A DNA stretch of 64,000 nt, taken from Actinomycetota bacterium (GTDB lineage: Bacteria; Actinomycetota; CADDZG01; JAHWKV01; JBOGWP01). Under the pieces are notes generated by a model. It saw nothing but the letters and a program-made list of their open reading frames with translations. It was not told where the DNA came from and searched no databases. The position numbers and the translations under genes are program-made. Shown here piece after piece: positions 9,785 through 19,306 of the stretch. Where the stretch lies: NCBI GenBank assembly GCA_050693875.1, contig JBOGWP010000159.1:6003-70002 (forward strand), given 5' to 3'. Position 1 is the stretch's first letter. Each line of letters begins with the position of its first letter.

Positions 9785-10807
9785 CTACTCCTCGATGAGC
9801 GTCACGGTCATCGTGCCGCGGTAGAGACCGGTGGGAACCCCGCTCAGGTCGCCCACGAGCAGGTTGGGGAGGCTCGTATAGCTCCCGGTCTGCTTCAGGA
9901 TCGAGCTCACGCTCGGAACGCCTGTGGCGGTGAGCAGTCCCTCGACCTGCGAGAGCAGCGCGTTGGTGATGAGGAGCGGGTTCACGTTGAGCGGCGCGGA
10001 GGTGAGCGCGGTGCGAACCGCGTCGTCGAGGCTGCTCTGGGTGATCATGCCCGCCGTCACTGCCTCGGCGCCGGTCAGGATCCCGTCGCCCCCGGCAGCC
10101 GTCGAGAAGATGCTGTTCTCGACCGTCTGCACCCAGGAGAGCAGATCCTGCTGGCTGCTGACGTTGCCCGCCTGCACCTGCACCGAGGTGGCGCCGGTTG
10201 CCGACGCGTCACAGGCGGCGTGGGGCGCCCGGTTGGCGAACGTCCCACCCGACCCGGTGGTCACCTTGATGGGGAGGGCGTCCTCGATGCCCGTGAAGAT
10301 GTTGCTGTTGGTGAAGTCCTGGAGCTGCTGGGTGACCGGCGACGTGACCGTCGATCCGCTGCTCAGCCCGAGCGCGGTGGCCAGGAGTCCGGTGATGCTG
10401 CCGGTGAGGTCGAGCACGGGCTGGGCCGAGGCCAGGACGTCGCGCACGCTGGTCGGGTTCGGCAGGAAGCCGATCGACATCTTGTTCGACGCTACCTGAC
10501 CTGCGCAGTCGTACGTGCCCGCCACCGCGTCGAACTTGTAGAGGTTGCTCATCATCCCGGTCACCTGGTAGTTCCTCCGGTCGTAGGCGAGGTCGGAGAC
10601 GTTCACCACGAAACCGGCGCTGCGGGCCGATCCGAGTGCGAGGGCGCTCAGGTCGGTGCCCGACAGCGACTTCACCGTCATCAGCCTCGACCCGCTGACG
10701 GTCGTTAGGGTGACCGTCGTCTGAACCGCCGCCTCGGCGGCGATGGCGATCGTCATGGCTGCAGCTGCGACGAGGAGCAGCAGCTTCTTTCTGCGCACCT
10801 TCATCAT
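9785..10807 (-). CDS. WxL-like Ser/Thr/Gly-rich secreted surface protein (CscB/C-like)
   Basis: Start at MMKVRRKK with a signal peptide, overlapping the upstream stop (ATGATGA). Low-complexity T/S/G-rich beta-rich sequence. Sits between two DUF916-like genes. Confidence 0.45.
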   Translation of the reverse strand: MMKVRRKKLLLLVAAAAMTIAIAAEAAVQTTVTLTTVSGSRLMTVKSLSGTDLSALALGSARSAGFVVNVSDLAYDRRNYQVTGMMSNLYKFDAVAGTYDCAGQVASNKMSIGFLPNPTSVRDVLASAQPVLDLTGSITGLLATALGLSSGSTVTSPVTQQLQDFTNSNIFTGIEDALPIKVTTGSGGTFANRAPHAACDASATGATSVQVQAGNVSSQQDLLSWVQTVENSIFSTAAGGDGILTGAEAVTAGMITQSSLDDAVRTALTSAPLNVNPLLITNALLSQVEGLLTATGVPSVSSILKQTGSYTSLPNLLVGDLSGVPTGLYRGTMTVTLIEE

Positions 10808-11112
10808 CCGTTCCTTTCGTTCGTCGGCGCGATCCGCTGTGTGCTGCGTACCTTCAGGAGCAGGAGGCCGGCTGCCAGCAGGGCGAGCGCGGCGGTGAGG
10901 GTTGCCGCGATGTCCGCTCCCGTCATCGGGACGTGCACGGGCGAGGAGGGGGGCTGCGGGGCCGGGGGGGCTTGCACGGCCGGGGTGGCCGGGCCCGCCG
11001 GGTCGACGATGACGGTGACGTCGACGTCCGCCATCGCCATCCGAGGCAAGGCGAAGACGACGCCGAGCAGGGCGGCAACGACGACGGCGCGGGTGAGACG
11101 GCGAAGGGGCAT
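10804..11112 (-). CDS. small surface protein with an LPXTG-like C-terminal sorting signal (CscD-like)
   Basis: Signal peptide, a Pro-rich linker, then VPMTG + hydrophobic segment + KVRSTQR basic tail. This resembles a sortase sorting signal. Confidence 0.4.
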   Translation of the reverse strand: MPLRRLTRAVVVAALLGVVFALPRMAMADVDVTVIVDPAGPATPAVQAPPAPQPPSSPVHVPMTGADIAATLTAALALLAAGLLLLKVRSTQRIAPTNERNG

Positions 11113-11123
11113 TGGCCGGGGTC

Positions 11124-12203
11124 CTAGTTCGGGTAGTAGACGACGCGGCGACGAGATCGAAGGCGGGTGGCGGCCTGCCGCCTTCGCCGCTCACGGCGCC
11201 GACGCACGATGAGAAGAAGGAAGAACAGGGCGAGCCCGAGCGTGCCGGCTGCGCCGGCAGCGATCGCCCAGGGAGGAAGGTCCAACTCGAGACTCCGCGC
11301 GTCGTTGCCGACGGGCCGAGCCGCGACGGGAGCCGCGGCGTTCCCGACCGCGGAAGGAAAGGTGAGCGTGGCTTGCGCGGCGCGCTCCAGCGAGCCGGAA
11401 CGGAGCACGATCCTCGCGTGCCACGGTCCGGCCGGCAGGTCCTTGTCGAGCGGAACGGCCAGGGTCGCTAGCCCCCCGATTGCGAGGGTCGTCCCCGGGG
11501 CCTGGAAGGGTCCCGCCGAGAGCTTCCCGGGGCCATCGGAGAGGGTGAGCTCGCCGTTCAGGTCGAGCGCGCGGCCCCCGATGTTGCGGACGCCGACGTC
11601 CACGACCGGAAGGCCATCGGACCCTCGGGCGGCGGCGAGGGACTCGACGGCGAAGTCGGAGGCGGGCTCTCCGCCCGGACCGACCGAAAGGTAGATGCGA
11701 ACCCCCACGCGGTTCACCACCGAGAGACCGCCGTCGGGAGCCTTCGTCGGAGGAAGCTCGGCCCAGACCACGGCGTAGCGCTCGCCCTCGGACGCCGAGC
11801 CAGGCACGCCGATCGTCACGGTGGCTTCCGCCACTGCCCCGGACGCGAGCTCGACCTCCTGGGGAGTTACATGGGTCCAGCTCGAGAGCTCATTCCGGGT
11901 GGTGCCCTCGAGAAACCGGAAGGTCTGACCCTCCACCGCCGCGCCGGCGGCATACAGCTTGACCTTGGTCGCCAAGGCCGTGCCGTTGGAGATCTCGACC
12001 CGGCGGGTGATGGTCGCGCCGGGGCTCAGGTGGTCGACGACATAGGCCTGGGCCCGAGGGTCGTTCGCCCGTGCTACGGGCGCGTCGAGGAGCCGGATGC
12101 CGACCCCGTCGGGCAGAGCGGCGGCATGCGCGGCGCGCGCCGGCGACAGGGTTGCTGCCGCCAGCGCTGCCGCGATGCCGAGGCGATGAAGTCGGTTAGG
12201 CAA
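11124..12203 (-). CDS. DUF916-like (CscA-like) cell-surface protein with a C-terminal membrane anchor
   Basis: TTG start gives a clean signal peptide (MPNRLHRLGIAAALAAATLSPARAAHA). C-terminal TM helix plus an RRRRERRRR tail. Paralogue of the 8634-9782 gene. Confidence 0.5.
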   Translation of the reverse strand: MPNRLHRLGIAAALAAATLSPARAAHAAALPDGVGIRLLDAPVARANDPRAQAYVVDHLSPGATITRRVEISNGTALATKVKLYAAGAAVEGQTFRFLEGTTRNELSSWTHVTPQEVELASGAVAEATVTIGVPGSASEGERYAVVWAELPPTKAPDGGLSVVNRVGVRIYLSVGPGGEPASDFAVESLAAARGSDGLPVVDVGVRNIGGRALDLNGELTLSDGPGKLSAGPFQAPGTTLAIGGLATLAVPLDKDLPAGPWHARIVLRSGSLERAAQATLTFPSAVGNAAAPVAARPVGNDARSLELDLPPWAIAAGAAGTLGLALFFLLLIVRRRRERRRRQAATRLRSRRRVVYYPN

Positions 12204-12729
12204 CGGAGTGGGTGATGGTGCCGGTATAGGTCCCGGCCACAGCCGCGGCCGGAATGTTGACGGTGACGGTGGGGTTCCATGTGGCCGAGTTGTTTCCGAC
12301 GATGACGGCGGCAGAGTACGCAGTTCGGGAGGTGCTGAGGTCCTCGGCCACGAGCTGGCCGGGGGTGAACGTCGCGACACCCGATGTCGTCGCGGTGCCC
12401 GAGAGGTAGGTGGCGTTGGACTTGTTGATGGTCTCGTTCGCGGTGGCCGACCCGGTCGTGAAGTTGGTCGACGACACCGAGGCCGTCCACGACCCGCCGA
12501 GGAGTCCTCGGGCGTCGGTCACGGTGACGTTGCCCAACGTCGTTGAGATCGAGGCCGAGCCGGTCGCCGCGGAACCCAGGTTCTTCGTGGCAGGCGCGCT
12601 CACGGTGAGCGAGCCCCCGGTCAGCGAGAACGTGGTGATGGTGTCCGCCGCCCAGGCCGGCAGGATGAGGGCCAACAATCCGACGGCGCTCAGCGCTGCG
12701 AGCACCGACACAACCAATCGCGTCTTCAT
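12196..12729 (-). CDS. WxL-domain-like secreted protein
   Basis: Signal peptide (MKTRLVVSVLAAL...AWA). Thr/Ser-rich with LGNVTVTDARG and GSWTASVSSTNFTTG motifs typical of WxL surface proteins. Confidence 0.5.
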   Translation of the reverse strand: MKTRLVVSVLAALSAVGLLALILPAWAADTITTFSLTGGSLTVSAPATKNLGSAATGSASISTTLGNVTVTDARGLLGGSWTASVSSTNFTTGSATANETINKSNATYLSGTATTSGVATFTPGQLVAEDLSTSRTAYSAAVIVGNNSATWNPTVTVNIPAAAVAGTYTGTITHSVA

Positions 12730-12894
12730 CGATCGCTCCTTTGCTGGTCGACGCATGTGCATCTGCACCAACAATCGGAGCGGCGCGGCCGCCGCCGCAT
12801 AGCCCTTCGGGGCCATTTCCGCTGGTCAGAGCGGTCTGGGAATCAGACGAAACCGACTCGGCCGGGGGCGCGGAACGGATTCGGGGCCCGGGGT

Positions 12895-13185
12895 CAGGGG
12901 GCCGCGATCGCTTTGATCGGGGAGTTGCGCGTGAGCCCGCCGGAGGATCCGAAGAAGGGAGCGTCCTCGAACGGGAACATCCCTCCGTCCCCCGCGGACA
13001 GCCAGCATCTCTCAGTCGGGGGGACACCCCCGACTCCCCCCCGAACCCCCCGGCTGAGGGGACGGGAGCGATCGCGATGATCGGGGAGTTGAGCTTGATC
13101 CCGCCGGTCGAGCCGAAGAAGCCGGCATCACGAAGGGCGAAGAGCCCGCGGTCAGTGCCCTCGAGCCAGTAGCCCGTGCACGTCG
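12895..13185 (-). pseudogene. remnant of two degenerate ~38-aa GYW/DGGVF repeat units, with no start or intact ORF
   Basis: Minus-strand translation gives ...WLSAGDGGMFPFEDAPFFGSSGGLTRNSPIKAIAA and ...[38 protein letters not shown]. Both are clearly related to the repeats at 19-42 kb. Confidence 0.45.
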
Positions 13186-13646
13186 TTGAGTAGGCCCGTG
13201 ATCAACTGCGACGGCCTGGACAGATTCCCCCGCGGGTCGAGCGCGCGGGCGGTCAAGGGACGAGTGCGGGAGTCACGGCGAACGCCGACGCCGGCAGGAG
13301 CGTTGCCACTGCGAGGGCTGCCACTGCGAGGAGCTGGATCAGCCTTGGCCATCTTCGACGCCCCCCCGGAGTGATCCATCGGTCGGGGCGCCGAATCACC
13401 GGTCCGTCCGCCGTGCCTCCCGTTGTCGCACGAACTTCCTCTGCTCGAATCGAGAAGTCGGTGTCGTGATCACGGCCCTTTGCCGCGTAGGGGTCCCTTC
13501 GACTCGCGTCAGCCACGTCAGCTCCTTCACGTCGACTGGTTGCCAGCGGTGTGCCACGAGGGTAGACGATAGAGATAAAACGGTCAACCAAAACCAATTA
13601 GTCAACGCAGGGCATCGCATGTGGGGACCTCCGCAGGGTGAGGGAT

Positions 13647-14124
13647 CTACCGCCGGTCGAGGGCGGTGCGGATCCAGCCTCTCGCGGCGTCGTGGAGCGG
13701 TTCGTACGCCTCCCAGATCGCGCGAGCCCACCGCTCCACCGCATCGGGGTAGTGCTCGGGGGGCACCCCAAGGACCTCCGCGATCGTCCTCGCGCCACGA
13801 AACGAGGGAAGTGACGGCTTCTGGACGCGGCGCGGTCCGTCGAGCCAGCGAAGCAGTGCCCGTCCCACCGCCGGATGGGCGCGATGCTCGAACGCCCAGC
13901 ACAGGCCGCCGAGGTGCGCCGCCAGCGACTTTCCCGAGGCGCAGTAGCGGTCGGGATGCTGCAGGCAGTGGGCGTCAACCGCCATCCGGTGGGCGCGCCA
14001 CGTTGGTGTTGGCCCGGCCGGACAGCTCCTCGAACAGGCCCTGGCAGCCGGCCGTCGCGCCCGGGAGCGACAGCCCGCACCCCGAGCAGGCGGCGGCGGC
14101 GTCATCGAAGGAGATCGCGTCCAT
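13647..14124 (-). pseudogene. Cys-rich (zinc-ribbon-like) protein split by a frameshift near 13985
   Basis: Frame 1 reads MDAISFDDAAAACSGCGLSLPGATAGCQGLFEEL...PPDGG-stop. Shifted by 1 nt it continues as MAVDAHCLQHPDRYCASGKS..., and the Cys pairs span the shift point. Confidence 0.35.
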
Positions 14125-14128
14125 GGGG

Positions 14129-15286
14129 TCAGGCGTGCTCCGAGGGAAGGGCTTCGATGGCGGTGTGGCAGGGGCTCGTCACGCCCAGCCATGAGCAGGC
14201 CTGGTCGACGGTTGCCTCCGCCATCCGCCGGAAGGTCGTGAACTTTCCTCCGGTGATCGTGAGCAATCCGCCCACGCCGTCACGCTCGGCATGGTCGAGG
14301 AGTGCCCAGGAGCGCGTGAGGCCCCGGTGGTCCCCGCTCCCCTCACGGCACTCCTCGAACAGCGGGCGGACTGCCGCCCAGGCCCGGGTGATCCCAGCTC
14401 CTCGGAGCTGAGGAACGAGCTGCTCCCCCTCCTCGAGCATCCGGTCGACCTCACCCTCGGGGACCTCGAGATCGCCGGGGCCCGCGGCGGGCCTGTCGCT
14501 CGTCCCCATCACCGACTCCCCTCCCATCGGAACGAGGATGTCGCCGTCGGAGGGCGCCCGGCAGCGGTTGAGGACCATCCGCGCCACGCGCGTCGTTGCG
14601 ACCATCACGCCCCGGCTCGTCACCACCTTCACCCGGCAGTGCGCGAGCGCGGCGACCTCATCCGCCCAGGCGCCGGCTGCGTTGATCACCGCCGCGGCGC
14701 GGATCTCCTGCTCCTCGCCGGCCGCTGCCGCCCGCCGCACCACCGCCCCGGCGACGGCGTCGCGTTCCACCAGAAGTCGCACGACTCGGTGGTTGGTGAG
14801 GACCCGGGCGCGCCGCCGGCGTGCCGCACGCGCGCACGCGCGGACGACGCCCGCCGCGTCGACGGCCGCGTCCCGTACGCGGAAGACCCGGACCACCCGC
14901 GGGTTCAACCCGGGTTCCTCCCGGCGCGCCTGCTCGGCGCCGATCTCGACCGCGGGGATCCTCAGGGCCGCGCACGCCTCCGCCCATCGCTGGGCATACG
15001 TGTGGTCGTCGCCCGCGGCGACGACGAAGAGACCTCCGGTGTCCTCGATCCACGGGGCGGCGACTCTTCGCAGGATCGCGTTCTCCTCCCTGCACTCGGT
15101 GGCCGCCCCGGGATCGGCAACCGCGTAGCGCGCCCCGGAGTGGAGGAGCCCGTGGAATCGCCCGGTCGTCCCCGATGCGAGCTCCCCGGCCTCGACGAGG
15201 ACGACCCCCAGGCCGCGCAGCGCGGCGTCCCACGCGACGCCCGCGCCGGTCGAGCCGCCGCCGACGACGAGCAGGTCGGTCTCCAT
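14129..15286 (-). CDS. FAD-dependent oxidoreductase, glycerol-3-phosphate dehydrogenase (GlpA/GlpD)-like
   Basis: Has the FAD-binding motif LLVVGGGSTGAGVAWDAALRG. Starts at the internal METDLLVV just downstream of glpK; the 950-aa ORF in the track is an in-frame fusion shadow. Confidence 0.6.
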   Translation of the reverse strand: METDLLVVGGGSTGAGVAWDAALRGLGVVLVEAGELASGTTGRFHGLLHSGARYAVADPGAATECREENAILRRVAAPWIEDTGGLFVVAAGDDHTYAQRWAEACAALRIPAVEIGAEQARREEPGLNPRVVRVFRVRDAAVDAAGVVRACARAARRRRARVLTNHRVVRLLVERDAVAGAVVRRAAAAGEEQEIRAAAVINAAGAWADEVAALAHCRVKVVTSRGVMVATTRVARMVLNRCRAPSDGDILVPMGGESVMGTSDRPAAGPGDLEVPEGEVDRMLEEGEQLVPQLRGAGITRAWAAVRPLFEECREGSGDHRGLTRSWALLDHAERDGVGGLLTITGGKFTTFRRMAEATVDQACSWLGVTSPCHTAIEALPSEHA

Positions 15287-15288
15287 CC

Positions 15289-16797
15289 TCACTCCTGCCC
15301 GGCCCAATCGAGCGTCCGGGCAACCGCCTTCTGCCAGAAGCGGTACCGGCCCGCGCGCTCGCGCTCGTCCATCTCCGGGGTCCACGTCCGATCCGCGGTC
15401 CACCGGCTGCGCAGCTCGTCGAGCCCCGACCACACGCCGGTTCCAAGCCCCGCGGCATAGGCTGCGCCGAGCGCGGTGGTCTCGGAAAGGGCCGGGCGCA
15501 CCACCGGCACGCCCAGTACGTCGGCCTGGAACTGCATGAGGATCTCGTTGGCAACCATCCCGCCGTCGACCTTGAGCGACGACAGGCGCAGCCCGGAGTC
15601 GGCCACCATGGCGTCGGCGACCTCCCGGGTCTGCCAGGCGGTGGCCTCGAGCGCGGCTCGGGCCAGATGCCCGGCGGTGGCGTAGCGCGTCAGGCCGGCG
15701 ATGACCCCGCGCGCGTCGCTCCGCCAGTGTGGCGCGAAGAGGCCGGAGAAGGCGGGGACGAAGTACACGCCGCCGTTGTCCTCGACCGAGCGGGCCAGGT
15801 CCTCCACCTGGGCGGAGTGCTCGATCACCCCGAGGTTGTCCCGCAGCCACTGCACCGCCGCCCCCGCGATCGCGACGGACCCCTCCAGGCAGTAGACGGG
15901 CGGTTCGGCGCCGATCCGGTAGCCGACGGTGGTGACGAGCCCGCTCTTCGACGGCACCGGTCGGAGGCCCGTGTTCAGGAGGAGGAAGCAGCCGGTTCCG
16001 TAGGTGTTCTTCGCATCGCCAACCTCGAAGCATGCCTGGCCGAAGAGCGCGGCCTGCTGGTCGCCCAGGAGCCCCGCAATCGGGACCCCCGGTGCCGCGG
16101 TGGCCGCCTCCCCGTGGACGCCGACCGATGAGCGGATCTCGGGGAGGATCGCCGCAGGGATGCCGAGCTCGGCCAGGATCCCCGGGTCCCACGCCAGGCG
16201 CTCGAGGTCCATCAGCATCGTCCGGCTGGCGTTCGTCACGTCCGTGACGTGCACGCCCCCGATGGGCCCACCGGTCAGGTTCCAGAGCAGCCAGGAGTCG
16301 ACCGTTCCGAAGGCAAGCTCCCCTGCCTCCGCTCGCTCTCGGACACCTGGGACGTGCTCGAGGAGCCAGGCGAGCTTCGGGCCGGAGAAGTAGGTGGCGA
16401 TCGGCAGGCCGGTGAGCGCGCGGAAGCGGTCGATCCCGCCGTCCGCGGAGAGCTCGCGGCAGATCGCGTTCGTGCGCATGTCCTGCCACACAATGGCGTT
16501 GGCGAGCGGCCGTCCCGTCGCCCGTTCCCACATCACTGTCGTCTCGCGCTGGTTGGCTATGCCCAGAGCGGCGAGGTCGGTGGAGGAGAGGCCGGCGGCG
16601 TCGAGGGCGTCGTGCAGCACCTCCCGGCTTCCCTCCCAGATCTCGACGGGGTCGTGCTCGACCCACCCCGCCCGTGGATAGATCTGCCGGTGCTCCTTCT
16701 GGGCTGCCGCGACCGGGCTTCCGCCCGCGTCGAAGATCAGGAAGCGGGTGCTGGTGGTTCCCTGGTCGAGCGCGCCGACGTAGCGGGGGCCGGTCAC
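15289..16797 (-). CDS. glpK: glycerol kinase
   Basis: Full-length FGGY kinase with the GlpK N-terminus ([18 protein letters not shown]) and conserved blocks throughout. Confidence 0.9.
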   Translation of the reverse strand: MTGPRYVGALDQGTTSTRFLIFDAGGSPVAAAQKEHRQIYPRAGWVEHDPVEIWEGSREVLHDALDAAGLSSTDLAALGIANQRETTVMWERATGRPLANAIVWQDMRTNAICRELSADGGIDRFRALTGLPIATYFSGPKLAWLLEHVPGVRERAEAGELAFGTVDSWLLWNLTGGPIGGVHVTDVTNASRTMLMDLERLAWDPGILAELGIPAAILPEIRSSVGVHGEAATAAPGVPIAGLLGDQQAALFGQACFEVGDAKNTYGTGCFLLLNTGLRPVPSKSGLVTTVGYRIGAEPPVYCLEGSVAIAGAAVQWLRDNLGVIEHSAQVEDLARSVEDNGGVYFVPAFSGLFAPHWRSDARGVIAGLTRYATAGHLARAALEATAWQTREVADAMVADSGLRLSSLKVDGGMVANEILMQFQADVLGVPVVRPALSETTALGAAYAAGLGTGVWSGLDELRSRWTADRTWTPEMDERERAGRYRFWQKAVARTLDWAGQE

Positions 16798-18083
16798 AGC
16801 CGCACGATCGGCCCGTCGCGCCCGGCGAGGGCGTTGCGGGTGTCGAAGATCCGCCGGGCCGTCGAGGCGATGTACCCCCAGTCGTAGCTCGAGTGGTCGG
16901 TGACGACGAGCACCAGGTCGGCCCCTGCGAGTGCCTCCGCGTCCAGCCGGGAGCGCGCCATCCTGCCCCCCGGCAGGTCAAGGGCCTCGACGTAGGGGTC
17001 GTGGAAACCGACCTCGGCTCCCGCCTTGCCGAGCCGGGTCAGGATCTCCAGCGCCGGGGACTGGCGCACGTCGCCGACGTCCCGCTTGTAGCTGACCCCG
17101 AGCAGCAGGACGCGTGCCCCCTTCAGGCTCCTGCCGTCCTCGTTGAGGACCTCGGCGACGCGCTGGACGACGTAGCCCGGCATGCGAGCATTGAGCTCGC
17201 GGGCAAGCTCGACGAACCGGGCCGTCTCGCCCATCCTGCGAACCCGCCAGGACAGATAGGCGGGATCCACAGGGACACAGTGCCCGCCCCAGCCCGGCCC
17301 GGGATAGAAGGGATGAAAGCCGAACGGCTTCGTCGCCGCGGCGTCGATCACCTCCCAGACGTCGATGCCGAGGTCGCGGCAGAGGATGGCCATCTCGTTG
17401 GCCAGGGCGATGTTGACGTGGCGGTAGGTGTTCTCGAGGAGCTTCGCCATCTCGGCGACCCGTGGGGAGGAAACCGAGACGACCCGCTCGACGAAGCATT
17501 CGTAGAACGCCCGCATCAGCGCGGTGCTGCGCGCGTCGATCCCCCCGACGATCTTCGGGACGTTGCCGAGTCCGAACCTGGCGTTGCCCGGGTCGATGCG
17601 TTCAGGAGAGAAGCCGAGAGCGAAGTCCGGCCCCGCCCGCAGTCCCGACGTCTCGAGCACCTCCCGGAGCAGCTCCTCGGTGGTGCCGGGGTAGGTCGTG
17701 CTCTCGAGCACCACCAGGACGCCCGGGCGAAGGTTGCGGGCGACGTCCTTGGCGGCGGCCTCGAGGCAGGAGAGGTCGGGCAGGTCGTCGCGCAGCGGCG
17801 TCGGGACGCAGATGGCCACCACCTCCGCGTCGCGAAGGGCTTCGGACTCCGACGTCGGCGTGAACCGTCCCGACCCGAGGGCCCCGGCGACATCGTCGGA
17901 GGACACGTCGAGGATGGGCGACGCTCCGCTCCGCAGGGCACCGATCCGCTCCTCGTCGACGTCGATGCCCCGCACGGAGAACCCGGCGGCGACGGCACGC
18001 AGCGAGAGGGGGATCCCGACGTACCCGAGGCCGAGTACGGCGACGCGGGCGGAGCGGTCGCGGATCCGGTCGAGGAGGGCCAC
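16794..18083 (-). CDS. nucleotide-sugar dehydrogenase (UDP-glucose/GDP-mannose dehydrogenase family)
   Basis: N-terminal NAD fold [14 protein letters not shown]. The central GHCVPVDP has the catalytic Cys, and a C-terminal UDP-binding domain is present. Confidence 0.8.
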   Translation of the reverse strand: MALLDRIRDRSARVAVLGLGYVGIPLSLRAVAAGFSVRGIDVDEERIGALRSGASPILDVSSDDVAGALGSGRFTPTSESEALRDAEVVAICVPTPLRDDLPDLSCLEAAAKDVARNLRPGVLVVLESTTYPGTTEELLREVLETSGLRAGPDFALGFSPERIDPGNARFGLGNVPKIVGGIDARSTALMRAFYECFVERVVSVSSPRVAEMAKLLENTYRHVNIALANEMAILCRDLGIDVWEVIDAAATKPFGFHPFYPGPGWGGHCVPVDPAYLSWRVRRMGETARFVELARELNARMPGYVVQRVAEVLNEDGRSLKGARVLLLGVSYKRDVGDVRQSPALEILTRLGKAGAEVGFHDPYVEALDLPGGRMARSRLDAEALAGADLVLVVTDHSSYDWGYIASTARRIFDTRNALAGRDGPIVRL

Positions 18084-18167
18084 GCTGCGTCGAGTCTAGG
18101 GCGGGGCCCGCCGGGCTGCCTTCCGAGGCGGCAGGGGGGACGATCGGCCGGGGTGACGAGCGCGGAC

Positions 18168-19283
18168 TCATCGCTCCGTCACCATCCGGTAACCCTCGAG
18201 GGTCCGCCGGGCGCACTCCTCCCAGCTGTAGCGGGCTGCTTGCTGCTGCCCGGCGCCGATCGCCGCAGCCCGAGCCTCGTCGTCGCCGACCGCGTCCGAG
18301 ACCGCCGCGGCGATCGAATCGATCGAGAGCGGATCGCACCAGAACGGGGCGTCGCCAAGAACCTCGGGGAGCGCGCCGGCCCTCCCCGCCACCACGGGCA
18401 CTCCGGCGGCCATCGCTTCGAGTGCCGGAAGGCCGAATCCCTCGTAGATCGACGGAAACGCAAAGGCCCGCGCGCCGGCCATCAGCGAGGCCAGCTCCGC
18501 GTCTGGGAGGTACCCGGAAAAGACCACCCGCCGGTCGAGTCCGAGGTGGTGGCTGAACGCCGGGAGGTCCAGGCTGCCCCAGCCCGGCGGCCCGGCGATC
18601 ACCAGCGACACGTCCTCGGGGACGCGTGCGAACGCCTGGATCAACCGGTCGAGGTTCTTCCGCGGCTCCTGGGTTCCGGCGAACAGCACGTATTCCCCGG
18701 CGACCCCCAGCCGCCGGGCGATCGACGGATCTGCCGCCGCGGCCGGGAACGACCTCCGGACGCCCTCCCGCGTGACGACGATGCGGTCGGGAGGAAAGCC
18801 GAACTCCGCCGCCACCTGGATGCGGACGGTCTGGGAGGGAGTGAAGACGATGCTGCAGCGCTTCAGAACCCTCGGCACGATCCAGCGGTACCGCTGCACC
18901 TGCGCGGTGCACAGCTCGGGATAGATCCAGAACGTGAGGTCGTGGATCGTGACCGCGCCGTTGCCGCGGCGGATCGGCGGGATCCAGAAGTTCGTTCCGT
19001 GGACCACGTCGGCCCTGCCCACGAGCAACTCGCCCGAAGGCCTCCCGGTCCGCTCCCACGAGGCCACGGCCAGGCGGGCGGGGATGCGGACGTGGCGAAA
19101 GGAGACGCGCGGGCTCGAGGGAACGTCCGGCCGGTTGGGACTCCTCGTCAGGGCGAAGAGCTCGAACCTGATCTGCGGGTCAGCCGCGAGCAGCCCGTCG
19201 AGCAGCGCCGCGGCGTAGTGGCCGATCCCGGTCCGCGTAGTGAGGAGCGGGGCAGCGTCGTACGCCACCGTGAGGCCCGCCAT
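18168..19283 (-). CDS. glycosyltransferase family 4 (GT-B)
   Basis: Carries the C-terminal GT4 EX7E-type region (AFAFPSIYEGFGLPALEAMAAGVPVV). Confidence 0.8.
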   Translation of the reverse strand: MAGLTVAYDAAPLLTTRTGIGHYAAALLDGLLAADPQIRFELFALTRSPNRPDVPSSPRVSFRHVRIPARLAVASWERTGRPSGELLVGRADVVHGTNFWIPPIRRGNGAVTIHDLTFWIYPELCTAQVQRYRWIVPRVLKRCSIVFTPSQTVRIQVAAEFGFPPDRIVVTREGVRRSFPAAAADPSIARRLGVAGEYVLFAGTQEPRKNLDRLIQAFARVPEDVSLVIAGPPGWGSLDLPAFSHHLGLDRRVVFSGYLPDAELASLMAGARAFAFPSIYEGFGLPALEAMAAGVPVVAGRAGALPEVLGDAPFWCDPLSIDSIAAAVSDAVGDDEARAAAIGAGQQQAARYSWEECARRTLEGYRMVTER

Positions 19284-19306
19284 CGCCCGACCCTCGCCCG
19301 CCCGAG

